From Leidyana gryllorum EB-2025a (taxonomy: Eukaryota; Protista; Apicomplexa), in contig JBLWGC010000107.1 of NCBI GenBank assembly GCA_048772705.1, forward strand, positions 1 through 26,145: a DNA stretch of 26,145 nt, in the 5' to 3' direction. Below the pieces are notes generated by a model. That model saw only the letters and a list, made by a program, of their open reading frames with translations. It searched no databases and was not told the DNA's origin. Positions 9,375 through 19,918 of the stretch are shown here, in pieces. A program made the position numbers and the translations under genes. Each line of letters begins with the position of its first letter. Position 1 is the first letter of the stretch.

Positions 9375-12300
9375 CTAAATATCTGTATATGGGTTGTGGG
9401 GGTGTCTCTCGTTCCATTCTGCCTTGAACGCCTGCACCAAATCCATTGCTGCTGCATCGATGATGGTGTCCAGGGGTTCCCAGGTGGCTTCTTGGTCTGT
9501 ATATCCCGCCCACTTAACCTTATATTCCGGTAGCCCTTCTTGGTTGATACGTTCGCCTAAAATCTTTTCCATCAGGTAAATGTCGGTGGGTTGGTTCGTC
9601 TGTCTGTCTGATCTATCCGAGTGCTGTTGGGGTGTTGCAGTGTTCTGATGATGCGGTTGCTTGAAGTGTTCCAGTCGTGAGGCGTGGAATTTGGGAAAAA
9701 TCTTCCAGGCGTCTGGTAGATCTAGTGTATATGTGTCGGTGTCGGTGGCTTCTACGATCGTAAAAGGGTCCACAATAGGGTAAAGCCAATTTGTTGTTCG
9801 GCACATGGATCAAGTTCTTCGTCTTCAGCAGTACTCGATCTCCAACCTTGAATGTGGTCTCTGCTCTACCTTGATCAGCTCCCAACTTCTGTCTGTCTGC
9901 TGCGGCGGACAATCGGTCCTTAGCTTCTTGTAGCTTCTGCAGGTATAATCTGAATGGTGTTGAACATGCTTTGATTGACGAGAGGTTGTCTTGTAGGAAT
10001 TGTGATCGCCCCGTGTCCAGTTCAAATGGGGTTGCATTCGTTGATGATTGTGTCGACGTGTTGTACGCGATCTCTACCGTATTGATGTGAGTACACCAAT
10101 TGGTTCCTAGTCCTCTCAGGGCGCATCTCAACATCTGTAGGATGGTCCTGTTTGCACGTTCTGTCAGACCGTTCGCTTGTGGGTGTGCCGCTGTTGTCAT
10201 TGCCAGATTAATGCTCAGATCTTTCATCAAGTGGTTCCAAAGGCCTGCCGTGAATCGAGGGTCGCGGTCGCTGATAATTTTGCGCGGTACCCCATGGATC
10301 TTGACAATGTTCTCTAGGAACAGTTTCGCGGCTTCTTCCGAGGTGATAGTTTTTTGACAGGGGATCATCCGGATCCGTCTCGTCATTCGGTCTATGACGA
10401 CCATTAAATAATCCAATCCTGTATTCCCATCTCTGGGTAGTTCCAAGAAGTCGATTCCTATCGATTCCCATGGGCTCGTTGGGTTGCAAATTGGATGGAG
10501 CAAGCCGTACGGTCTATGGCTTCGCTTTTTTGCCTTCTGGCACGTTGTACATCGGCGGCAGTATTCCGTGACGTCTGCCGTCAGACCTCTCCAGTTGAAT
10601 ATACTGCGGATTCTTGCTGTGGTTCGAGCGGGTCCCAGGTGGCCCGCCAGTTTTGAGTCGTGATTCTCCTTGATAATCTTTTCTATGAGGCATTGTTCCG
10701 CCGGAACTTCAATTGATCCGTCTGGTGTCACTGGTATTCCTTCTTGCCATTCGACTTCTCCACAAGTCCCTGCGTTCTCTTCGTTTCCTCTCCACGCAGT
10801 TCTCAACTCCTCTTCAATTGTGGGTCTGTCAATTTGGTCCTGTTCCAATTCCGTTTGTGTTGTCATAAACACACTTCCTTGCTTCCTCTCCTCGTCTTTT
10901 GTTTTCTGTGCCCGTGGCCGACTGAGTAAATCTGCAATGATGTTTTGAGTCCCTTCCAAATACTGTATCTCCAGCTGGAGTTCTCCCAGCGTCTGAAGCC
11001 ATCGGCTTTGCCTGTCGGATATCTGGGATTGCTTCAATAAGTGGGTCAACGGTTTGTGGTCGGTCCTCACAAGGATCTCCCGACCAATCAGCAAGTGTCG
11101 CCACTGTCTGCAAGCATAAACAATCGCCAGTAGCTCCCGTTAATGGGTTGGATATCTGCTTTCCGCTGGTGTGAGTACGCGAGACATGAATTCGATCGGT
11201 TTAATCCCTTCTGCCAAGGAGTACTCGTCCAATACAGCTCCTATGGCCTCCAAACTGGCGTCGGTGGTCAGCACCAAACTTGTGCAGCCTTTCGATGGAT
11301 ATCCCAGCACTGGGCACTTACACAATCCGTCCTTGAGCTCATCCATCGCTTGTTTCACCTCATCCGAGGCGGCTATCTTGTCATTTGGTCTTTTCAGTCC
11401 TTTCATTGCATCATATAGCGGTTTCGCTTTGCTCGCAAAGTTCTGGATGAATCTCCGATAAAAATTGAACATGCCTAAGACACTTTGCGTCTCCTTCAAT
11501 GTGGACGGTGTTGCCAACTGCTTCAGTGCCATCATTTTCTCTTCTACTGGATGAATCCCATTGCGGTCCAGTCTGTGCCCTAAGTATATCACCTTGTCCT
11601 TGAAGAAGTGGGATTTCCGCCTGTGGATAACGAGTTGATTGTTCATTAGTCGTGTTAGGACTTCCCTCAAATGTCGACGATGCTCTTCCCATGTCCTTGA
11701 GTAGATCAGAACATCATCTAGGTAGACAAAGACGTACTCGCCTATGATGTCCCTGAATATGGTGTACATTAATAACATGAATGTAGATGGGGCATTCATA
11801 AGGCCATTCGGCATCACCACCCATTCAAATAGTCCCCACGGGGTCGCGAATGCCGTCAGTGGGGCTGATTTTGGGTCCATTCGTACCTGATGGTACCCAC
11901 TTTTGAGGTCCAGAGTCGAGAATATAGTAGCTCCTTCCAGTTGGGAGAGCGCTTCGTCGATGGGTGGCATCGGGGACACTATCCGGACCGTTTCTTGATT
12001 TAATCGGCGGTAATCGCATACCAATCGAGGAATTTTGGTGTCTTTTTTTGGTACAAATAAGCAGGGTGATGACCATTGGGATGTGCTGGGTTGTATCTTC
12101 CCTTCCTTCAACAAGGTGAGTATTTGTTCCTTCAGCTCTCCGGCATAGTGCTGTGGTATTTTGTAAGGCTGCCTGGCAAATGGCGTCACGTGTTGTCCTT
12201 TGAGTTGTATGCTGTGGTCAATTCCTTTGCGGTACGGTGGTAAGGTTCCCTGGTCTTCGAATGCCATGTAGAAACATCGCTCAATCCAGTCTTCCTCGTC

Positions 12301-12846
12301 CGGTCGGTCCAAAGATGTGGTAATAATGGCATCCTTTTCGCCTCGTATGTTGTACACCGCTCCGCTAATGTGTGGTCTGAGCCATTCTGTAGGTTTCATG
12401 TTGGTATCAATGGGCAGCACTAATTCCTCTAGGACACACCAACGTTGATTCCGGTCGGTCCCTATCCAAAGCCCCAATCGTTGTATCACCGTTGTGGAGA
12501 TTATTAAGTCGTAAGGTAAATTGTCCAGTATCACGCACGAGATCTTAAGTTCCTGTCCTTTGGTGGTTTTGATGACCGCTTGTGTTGTTCCCCGGGTCTT
12601 CGTGGGTTCCGCTGATACTCCTCTGATCCGCATTGTGTCCTCTCCCACCGTTCCTCCTATTCTATTCACCACGTCCCGTGAGATGCAGTTGGTGTCGCTC
12701 CCTGTGTCAATTAGAACGCAGCAGGGTAAGATTGTCTCCTTCCCTGGTGCTCGGATCGTCCACGTTGTTTGGAGGGGTGGTTCGGGTCCTATAGCTGGGC
12801 ATCCGGAGTGAGTTCCCCTGACTCTTCCTGCCCAATCTGAAAATCC
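9375..12846 (-). pseudogene. pol: Element D pol (PR-RT-RH-IN-chromo) with a nonsense codon at 11140-11142 and a +1 frameshift near 9763
   Basis: LIDTGS, YLDD, LTTDAS, H*RELLAI (TAA at the conserved Glu), IGIDF, ISDRD, QANGLTER; GPF|TIVE frameshift in a T-run; EYKVKWAGYTDQEATWEP. Confidence 0.93.
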
Positions 12847-13886
12847 GACCCCTCCAAGGCGTGTACCCTCCCTTCTCTGCGGTCTGTGCGTTTTTGGCAT
12901 TGAGCCATCAAATGTCCTCGCTCCCCGCATGATCTGCATCTTCCTTCGGCCATACACTGGGCGTATGTGTACTTGCATTGCGGCCCCACTGATCCCCGTT
13001 GGTACCCTCTGGTTCCTTGCGTCGCCAGTACTCGCCCTTCCGCTCTGCGTAGATCTCTCCTTTCTGTCACTGTTGCATAAAGTAGCGCTCGTTCGCATAT
13101 GTTTTCGAATGTGGTTCCTATGCAGGTGGCTAAAGCCAGCTGGTCTTTCTCCGGCAAGCCCTGGAAAAATAGATTGATAGCAGAATTTTCCGACATCATC
13201 GGCAGTCCTCGCTTCAACTCCCTGCATTCCAACACGTAAGCTTGCATGTCCTGTCCTTTCCGCAGTTGGGTCCACTTTATTAGGTCGTCTTCGGCCTTAT
13301 TCCGAGCCCCGAATTCTCGGAGGAAGCTCTGTCGGAAGTTAGACCATGATCCTTGGACCAGATCATCGGCCTTTGCCAGATACCACCTCGCTGGCCCCCC
13401 GTCCATCCCCGAACATGTGGCTCTGATCATTTCTTCCTCCTCCGTTACCCCAAAGCCTTTGAATCGGGCTTCACAGCCATCGAGCCAGTCCCTCGCATCC
13501 GTGGTCTTGTTGGCTGTGAACAGCGGCTGTCGTTTCAGTGCCTGCTGGGCTGCTTCGGATATGCCTCGGTGAGTGTTAAACGGTTTCTTTGTTTGTTTCC
13601 CTATTTCAGTTGGGCGGTTAGTCCCTGGGTTCTTAGTGATCTGTTCTTCCATAGTTTCCATCCGAAGCGCTAATCTTTCAATCACTGTCGTAAGTTTCTC
13701 CACATCTGTCCTGAGTCGTTCCTCTGTGCTGGTCTGTTCTGTAGCCTCTGTCTGAGGTTCGTTTGTCGCGTGCATCGTATCCTGTAATTCGCTCATAGGT
13801 CCGTCCTCTGGCTGCGCACTGCTACCAGTGTAGTGTTGCTCTAATGGTCTGTCTACGGTTCGTCCTGATCTAAGTTCGGTCGGCAT
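12789..13886 (-). CDS. gag: Element D Gag with CCHC zinc knuckle
   Basis: Open 365-aa ORF; MPTELRSG start inside the LTR; GPARWY..SWSNFRQSFLREF; CRSCGERGHLMAQC. Confidence 0.92.
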   Translation of the reverse strand: MPTELRSGRTVDRPLEQHYTGSSAQPEDGPMSELQDTMHATNEPQTEATEQTSTEERLRTDVEKLTTVIERLALRMETMEEQITKNPGTNRPTEIGKQTKKPFNTHRGISEAAQQALKRQPLFTANKTTDARDWLDGCEARFKGFGVTEEEEMIRATCSGMDGGPARWYLAKADDLVQGSWSNFRQSFLREFGARNKAEDDLIKWTQLRKGQDMQAYVLECRELKRGLPMMSENSAINLFFQGLPEKDQLALATCIGTTFENICERALLYATVTERRDLRRAEGRVLATQGTRGYQRGSVGPQCKYTYAQCMAEGRCRSCGERGHLMAQCQKRTDRREGRVHALEGSDFQIGQEESGELTPDAQL

Positions 13887-14041
13887 GCACAGTTCTGATC
13901 ACTAAAAGGTAAGCCGGTTCAAAAGGGTAAGTCTATCTGTGTGTGTCCGTGTCTCCGTGCCGGCTACCGGCCGGCCCCCCCGGAGACACAGACATGTTGT
14001 CCCCAGACTAGCTGCGGCTAGATGGGTACTGAAGCGCTACA
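13829..14041 (-). repeat. 5' LTR of element D (213 bp), contains the gag ATG
   Basis: Followed by C + TGGTAGCAGTGCG PBS. Confidence 0.95.
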
Positions 14042-14046
14042 CAACA

Positions 14047-16418
14047 AGTCTGTCAATTATACTCATCACGCAATCGGGAGCTCCGTTCGTTTCCGGTGGA
14101 AGCTTCAGTAGATCAATCGATAGTTCCTGCCACGGAAGCTCTGGTGGGGCAATCGGGTTCAACAGTCCAAGGGGTTTAGATGTGCTCGTTTTTGACCTCT
14201 GGCATATCGGGCACGCTCTGCAGTATTGTCGAACGTCTTCGGTCACCCCCGGCCAGTTGAATTGTCCTCTGACTTTCAGAAGGGTCCTGTCGTGTGCTAG
14301 GTGGCCGGCGATGATGGAGCCATGGGATTCTCTGATGACGAGACGTCTCAGGTCTGCTTGATTAGGTATAAATAGTCGGCCAAATTCATCGTGAATCCAC
14401 TCTCCGTTTCGTTCAAAACCTTCGGGCGGTGTTTCCACCTGCCTCAGTGCCTCCTTAAGTTGCTTGGTGAAGTCTATTTCAGCTGAAAAGGTGGCGAGTA
14501 CTTCTGTCTTGGGTTGAATGGCTCCGGCGCCGCTGAGTAAGTCCGCCAGGACATTGTCCTTTCCTGGGATGTGGTCTATGGTGGCTGGGTACTGGGAGAT
14601 TTTGATCAGCCACCGTATGACCTTCGGGCTGAGAACTGTGCTCGTCTTCTGCAGTACCACCAAGGGTTTGTGGTCTGTGTGGATGTAAAAGTCGCGGCTC
14701 ATCAGGTAGTGCCTCCAACGCTTTAGCGCTGCCAGGATGGCCCACAACTCTCTCTCGTGAACCGCCCAGTTTGTCTGTGTTGGCGTGAGCCTGCAACTGA
14801 AATGCTCGATGATGCGTTTGGAGTCACCTCCATCCGTCCATTGTTCAAGTGTGCCCCCAACTGCAGTGTTGCTAGCGTCTGTGGTGACATGAAAAGGTAG
14901 TTCATCGTCTACCACCCGGAGGGTTAGGTCTGTTCCGAAGGCATCCGTCAGACGGTTCCAAGCCTCTTCTTTTTCCGTGGTCCATAAAATTTTGTCCGAC
15001 GGTTTTTTGAGTTGGTTGATGATCTCGTGGAACGGTATGGTTAGTTCCGCAAACTTCTGGATGTATTTCGCGTAGTAAGTCATTCCCCCAATTGCTCGTC
15101 TCAGTTCTCCCATTGTTGCATGCGGTTTCAGACGTTTGAACGCGTTCTGCCTCTCTGGGTTGGGTCTGATGCCGTGGTGATCAAGATGCTGTCCGATGAA
15201 GTCTACCTCGGTGAGGAAAAAGCTGGATTTCTTCGGGTGCACTTTGAGTTTATGTTCTTCTAATTTCTGCAGGATCGCTCGGAGATGTACGCGGTGTTGA
15301 GCTACAGATGGGCTATACACAAGTATGTCGTCAACATACGCGATGGCGCATCTCCCCAGCCACGGCTGGAGGATCTCCTCGATGAACGCCACAAAGGCCG
15401 GGGGAGCATTCCTCAGTCCGAAGGGGAGTACCCGCCATTCAAATTTGCCCACAGGTGAGGAGAAGGCTGTCAAATGATAGCATTGTTCACGTAGGAGTAT
15501 CTGGTGGTACCCAGACTGAAGATCCAGTTTGGAGAATATGCGCGCTTTCCTCAGTTCGGGGGCGGCCAGATCGGCACGAGGAATTGGGTAGGCGTAAGTG
15601 ATTGTTGCGTCATTCAATTTCTTGTAGTTGATCACAAGTCGGGGTGTCGGCGTGTCCTTCTTGGGGACCAGGAAGCACGGGGCACCCCATTCCGACTTGG
15701 ACCTCTGGATTTTCCCTTGAGCTTCTAGTTCCGCTAGTTGTCTCGTCATTTCCTGTTTGTTTTGTTCGGAACTTGCGTATGGTCGGTCGAATGATGGTAT
15801 GGTTCCGGGTTTCAGTTGTATGTCAAAGTCATGGAAGCCCCTTGATGGGGGGAGTGCTATATTTGGCTTGAAGAGCCCTCCGAAATCTGATAAGATCCAT
15901 TCTTCCTCTATCGGGGTTTTGAGTGTCACTGCTGTTGCCATGTGTATCTGGCCAGGGATTGAGTCCCGGCCTTGCTTCTGAATGGAGGCTTGTTCCAAGA
16001 TAGTGAGTTTCCCTTTGGAGTCTGTCCCTATGGCAAGTTGTAATCCCATGATTGTTTCTATCCCAAGAATGGCATCGTACGGTGTGATGTCCGCTACTAC
16101 GAAGCAAAGGTCGAAGGTTTGGTGAGCTTGTGTGAGCAGTGTGGCTGTCACTGTACCCTGACTCTGCTGTTGTCCGATGCCGTGCAGCGTGAGCGTGTTG
16201 TTCTTGTCGGGCTCCAATTTGAGGTATGACGCCATGTCTGGGCTCAAAATATTCACTTCGGCGCCTGTGTCCACAAGGCATAAGGCCGTGGTTTGGCCCT
16301 GCGGGCTTCTTATCTGCCACGTGACCGCTGCTCTAGATTGTGTTCCTATCCTGAATAGGTCAGCTACCGTTTGGAGCCCCACATCTGGGTGAGCAGGTGG
16401 GGCTCTTTTCAAAAATCC
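14047..16418 (-). pseudogene. pol: Element C pol 5' segment: PR, RT, RNase H, integrase N-terminus, interrupted by insertion
   Basis: LVDTGAEVN, YVDD, VTTDAS, HERELWAI, H..GH..CRACPICQ, LSIDL; breaks at SIIDRL. Confidence 0.95.
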
Positions 16419-17326
16419 TGGTCCGCGTTCGTTGGTCCTTCTTCCTCGTCCACGGTGATGGGGTAAGAGCGTTTGGGTGTGGCCAGAGCCGGTCGTTGGT
16501 TTCGTGATCGTTTGGGGCAGTTCGGGGCCAGGTGTCCTTTCTCGCCACAGGTATAACACAAGCCGTTCTTCTGGCAGTGTTCCCTGCAGTGTGGGTTGTT
16601 GTAGCCCACTCCTTTCGGCCGGGCAACAAGCACCCTGGGGTTGTTGCCTATTGCTCTGGTGTGTTCCCGCTCTAACTCGGCTATGAATTCCAGGGCTTCC
16701 TCGATGGTCTGAGGGCGTCGTGTCATCATCAGTGCTTTTTCTTGTGGTGGTAAGGCCCGTTTGATTATGTGCAGGATTTCGCTTGGTTCCATAGTGAAGA
16801 GTCCGCGGCGCAGCTCCCGTACCCGGCGTACAAAGCCCATGAGATCTTGGGGGTCAGCTCTGAGGTCTATTAGTTCTTCTAGGTCTGTTCTGGTCGCTGT
16901 TCCGAATTCCTTGAGGAATCGCGAGCGGAAATCGGTCCACAGGAGGTCCCGGATGTCTTCCGCACTGGCTACTGCGTTCAGCCACCTTGCTGCCGAGTCT
17001 TTCAGTGTTCCGCAGGCGATGCGGGTCCGTTCTTGTGCTCGTACCATCAAGGTGTCAAAGGCAGCCTCTAGGTTGTCCAGGTGGGAGCGTGGGTCTTGCG
17101 CGCCTGTGAAGGAGCTGGTAAGTTGCGTAACCATTTTGATATTGCGGACAATTGAACTCTGGTTGGCCGGCATCGGTTCGATCGTCGATCTTTCGTCGTC
17201 TAATGGGTAGTCACTGCTACCAGTGTAAGTCTGGGGTTCTTCTGGGGCCGGTGCCTTGGCAGTTCTCTTAGCCTTCAAGGCAAATGATCTGGGAAGTATA
17301 CTGGGCCGGTTGGTTCGTCTGGTCAT
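16409..17326 (-). CDS. gag: Element C Gag with CCHC zinc knuckle
   Basis: Open 305-aa ORF homologous by eye to B and E Gag; CYTCGEKGHLAPNC; ATG inside the LTR. Confidence 0.92.
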   Translation of the reverse strand: MTRRTNRPSILPRSFALKAKRTAKAPAPEEPQTYTGSSDYPLDDERSTIEPMPANQSSIVRNIKMVTQLTSSFTGAQDPRSHLDNLEAAFDTLMVRAQERTRIACGTLKDSAARWLNAVASAEDIRDLLWTDFRSRFLKEFGTATRTDLEELIDLRADPQDLMGFVRRVRELRRGLFTMEPSEILHIIKRALPPQEKALMMTRRPQTIEEALEFIAELEREHTRAIGNNPRVLVARPKGVGYNNPHCREHCQKNGLCYTCGEKGHLAPNCPKRSRNQRPALATPKRSYPITVDEEEGPTNADQDF

Positions 17327-17458
17327 GGTAAATCCAGTTAACTAGTTGCGTGCGTGTGCTGTGTTTGTACCCACCGTGTCTCCGGCCGGGCGGTTAGTTA
17401 CGCCATGCATATTAAAAAGGGTGGTTTCACAAGCTATCTGAGAGGTGTAATCCTTACA
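17224..17458 (-). repeat. 5' LTR of element C (235 bp)
   Basis: Pair of 7593-7827; followed by C + TGGTAGCAGTG. Confidence 0.95.
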
Positions 17459-18725
17459 CTTCTGGCATCTCACGATCTTCCACACCTGACACAGGAACCC
17501 CAAGAGGCCACACGCCGTTCCCCCCTGCAACATCTTCCAGCTGCAACGTCGGTTGAATCAGGGTTGATTCAATCGATGATTCATGATCAACAACGACATC
17601 AGGTTCTTTCATCACCATTCGTTCCAACCGGTTTGCCATACTCATCATCATTTTCTTCATCTGCTCTATTTCCCCCTTTAAGTCCCCATCCGCCGCCTCG
17701 ATTCTCGGTCCTTCCTCTCGCTTACTTGCTACGGAAGGTCCAAGACCAACTTCCCCCACCCCCTTTATAGTCCTCGCACGCTTCGCAACTTGACGACCCA
17801 GCTCTGACTCCCTGATATTGATTTCTCGCAACCGGTCATTCATCTCCGCTCTCCGTCTCGCAACCCTCTTCTCTTCTTCCTCAGCCATCCGAACTAGCTC
17901 TTCCGTGTCACGATCCGTCATCGGTTCGAGCACAGGCCGTCGATCCAAGCCCATCCTGATGGCTAACTGCTTTCTCCGGAACTCCAAGATCCTCACGTGA
18001 ATGAACACCCAATGGTTGCGCAATCCAGCGAGATCATTCAACTCGAATTTCCTCACACTCGTGCGCGGCTTGAACACATCATTCACGTTCATGCACAGTG
18101 CTTGGAAATCGATTTGAGTGCCAACTATCACTGGCCCTTGGAAGTACTGGCACGAAGAGATTAAGTACCAAGCACTCAAGTTAACTCGCCCCCTCACTCC
18201 ATCGAACACTTCAGCTGCTTCCGCCACCTCCTCCAGAGCTCGCTCCAAGGTGTTGTAGTGACGATACCTACAACCATCACGCAACTTAGACTTCACATCA
18301 TCTGCCTGATCGAAGAATAAGTGCTTCCTCACGTCTGAGAACCACGAGATCACAACAGGAGCAACAAACTCAGGTGGGCGACCAACGTAAATCGTGTCTT
18401 GCAACACCTTATTAATCATTTCCTGCATGTGTTGCTTCTTCTCACTCGTCACCACGGCGCTATCCTCTCGGCGCTCCTCCACTCCACTCTCGCGACTGGC
18501 TAGTTGCATCAACATGTCGCTCGCGTTCCCTCTTCCAGTTTGACGACGACGTTGCTCCATCAGCCGTTCCAACGCAAGGTAACCCACCGGAATATCCGAA
18601 CTTGATGTGTTCTTTTCCATCTCAACAAGCTTCTGTGTAACAGTGGATGATTTGAGTGCAACAATCAATATTTGACAAAAAAGCTGTCCTTCAATCCACA
18701 GTGTTCTGTCTAATGTCGTGTTCAT
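17459..18725 (-). CDS. Orphan backbone protein with C-terminal coiled-coil and acidic tail, cut by element C
   Basis: 423-codon ORF whose stop is supplied by the LTR (G|TG TAA); no family recognised; start codon uncertain. Confidence 0.65.
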
Positions 18726-18762
18726 CCCATTCTTTACCCAATTTTGACTACTGTTCCTTCAA

Positions 18763-19614
18763 ATGAATCGGCTACTCCAAGATGAAACTTTCGAAGAGTT
18801 ACAACGCATTTGGAGAGTTCAATCATTGCTCATCCAACCACCAACACTTCAAGACCAAGCTCATGCGTGGACCACAATCCGACAAGCAAGAAATACCTTA
18901 CTTCAATCATGGGTCACTGCTGGCATCCTTGAATCAGTCGATTTTCCACTTCATTTCGGCTCTTTCAAGTTGTTCGCGTGTAGTTATTGCGGTTCACGAT
19001 GTTCTATGGACGAGTTGACACCCATTCAATGGACCAACCTGCCCGATTCTATCAGAATTCGTCTCGATCCCACACCCACGTTCATGATACTACATAGACT
19101 TCGGCCGCATTTCCCCTATCAACTACCAGAGTCAATCGACCAAATACTCCCACTCATTGCCCAGCTTCTCGTCATCTGTCACACTTGCTCTGACTATAGC
19201 CAACCTATCATCCGGTGTGCAAGCAACGTAATCAATCCACTACCCAACCTCTTCCTTCTCAATTTATCTATGATTGAGAAACGAGCGATCGCCCTTGCAC
19301 AACCTTGCGTGTGGCTGAAGCATTACTCAGGGATTCACTCAACTATAGCCGTATACCACAAGTATACTGATCTATACGCCTTCTCCGAGCTCATTCCACT
19401 GGCTGAACGCTCCCAAGTCATACCAGCGAAGTTTTACTTCAATACACACAGTTTCCACCCCCACTTCTATGGAAAACTCAACAGTAGAAACATCATCCAC
19501 GCGTTCAACCTACTATCGCTCCGAGATTCCCGCTACGGGACCTCCCACATACAACAGGATCTTCCCGACAACCCCCGCAACCCTTTTCCCCAGGAAGGAG
19601 GGGGAGGAGTGTAG
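18763..19614 (+). CDS. Cys-rich protein resembling the N-terminal region of Helitron RepHel proteins, fused to the element F PPT/LTR
   Basis: CSYC...CHTC, N..NPLP..L.NLSMIEKRAIA..QP, IIHAFNLL..RDSRY. The resemblance to DUF6570-like regions is from memory only. Confidence 0.4.
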   Translation: MNRLLQDETFEELQRIWRVQSLLIQPPTLQDQAHAWTTIRQARNTLLQSWVTAGILESVDFPLHFGSFKLFACSYCGSRCSMDELTPIQWTNLPDSIRIRLDPTPTFMILHRLRPHFPYQLPESIDQILPLIAQLLVICHTCSDYSQPIIRCASNVINPLPNLFLLNLSMIEKRAIALAQPCVWLKHYSGIHSTIAVYHKYTDLYAFSELIPLAERSQVIPAKFYFNTHSFHPHFYGKLNSRNIIHAFNLLSLRDSRYGTSHIQQDLPDNPRNPFPQEGGGGV

Positions 19615-19797
19615 TAGTGACAACGTCTCTGTGTCTCCGGTGCCGGCCGGCCCAGTCACGGAGACACAGAGACACGCAGATAGACACACGTGTGCAGATT
19701 GTTTTTTGTTGCTTGACGACTAACGGAACACTTACGATGGATCTAAGAAACAGAAGCCTAGTGGCACCCTCGGCGCAGCAGAGTAGGCCAGATTACA
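19592..19797 (+). mobile_element. Element F remnant: PPT (19592-19609) plus 188-bp 3' LTR (19610-19797) of a fifth Gypsy family
   Basis: AGGAAGGAGGGGGAGGAG|TGTAGT...GATTACA. Contains the hairpin motif shared with the D LTR and a gag-type start MDLRNRS...PDYT. Confidence 0.85.
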
Positions 19798-19918
19798 CCG
19801 GCCAGAGCCGGTCCGCCATTTGTCTGTGTCTCGGTGCCCGGCCGGCACCGGCACGAGACGGAGACGGGATCAGACAGACACGCGTGTGCTTACGTTTTTG
19901 AGTTACTTGACAACGGAG

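Larger units (their letters stand above)
9152..14041 (-). mobile_element. Element D: full-length Ty3/Gypsy chromodomain LTR retrotransposon (4890 bp)
   Basis: 213-bp LTRs (1 substitution seen), PBS 13815-13827, PPT 9365-9375, TSD CAACA at 9147-9151 and 14042-14046. Confidence 0.96.
7593..17458 (-). mobile_element. Element C: Ty3/Gypsy chromodomain LTR retrotransposon, interrupted in integrase by G1 and D
   Basis: 235-bp LTR pair, PBS 17212-17222, PPT 7828-7838, TSD CTTC at 7589-7592 and 17459-17462. Confidence 0.95.
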
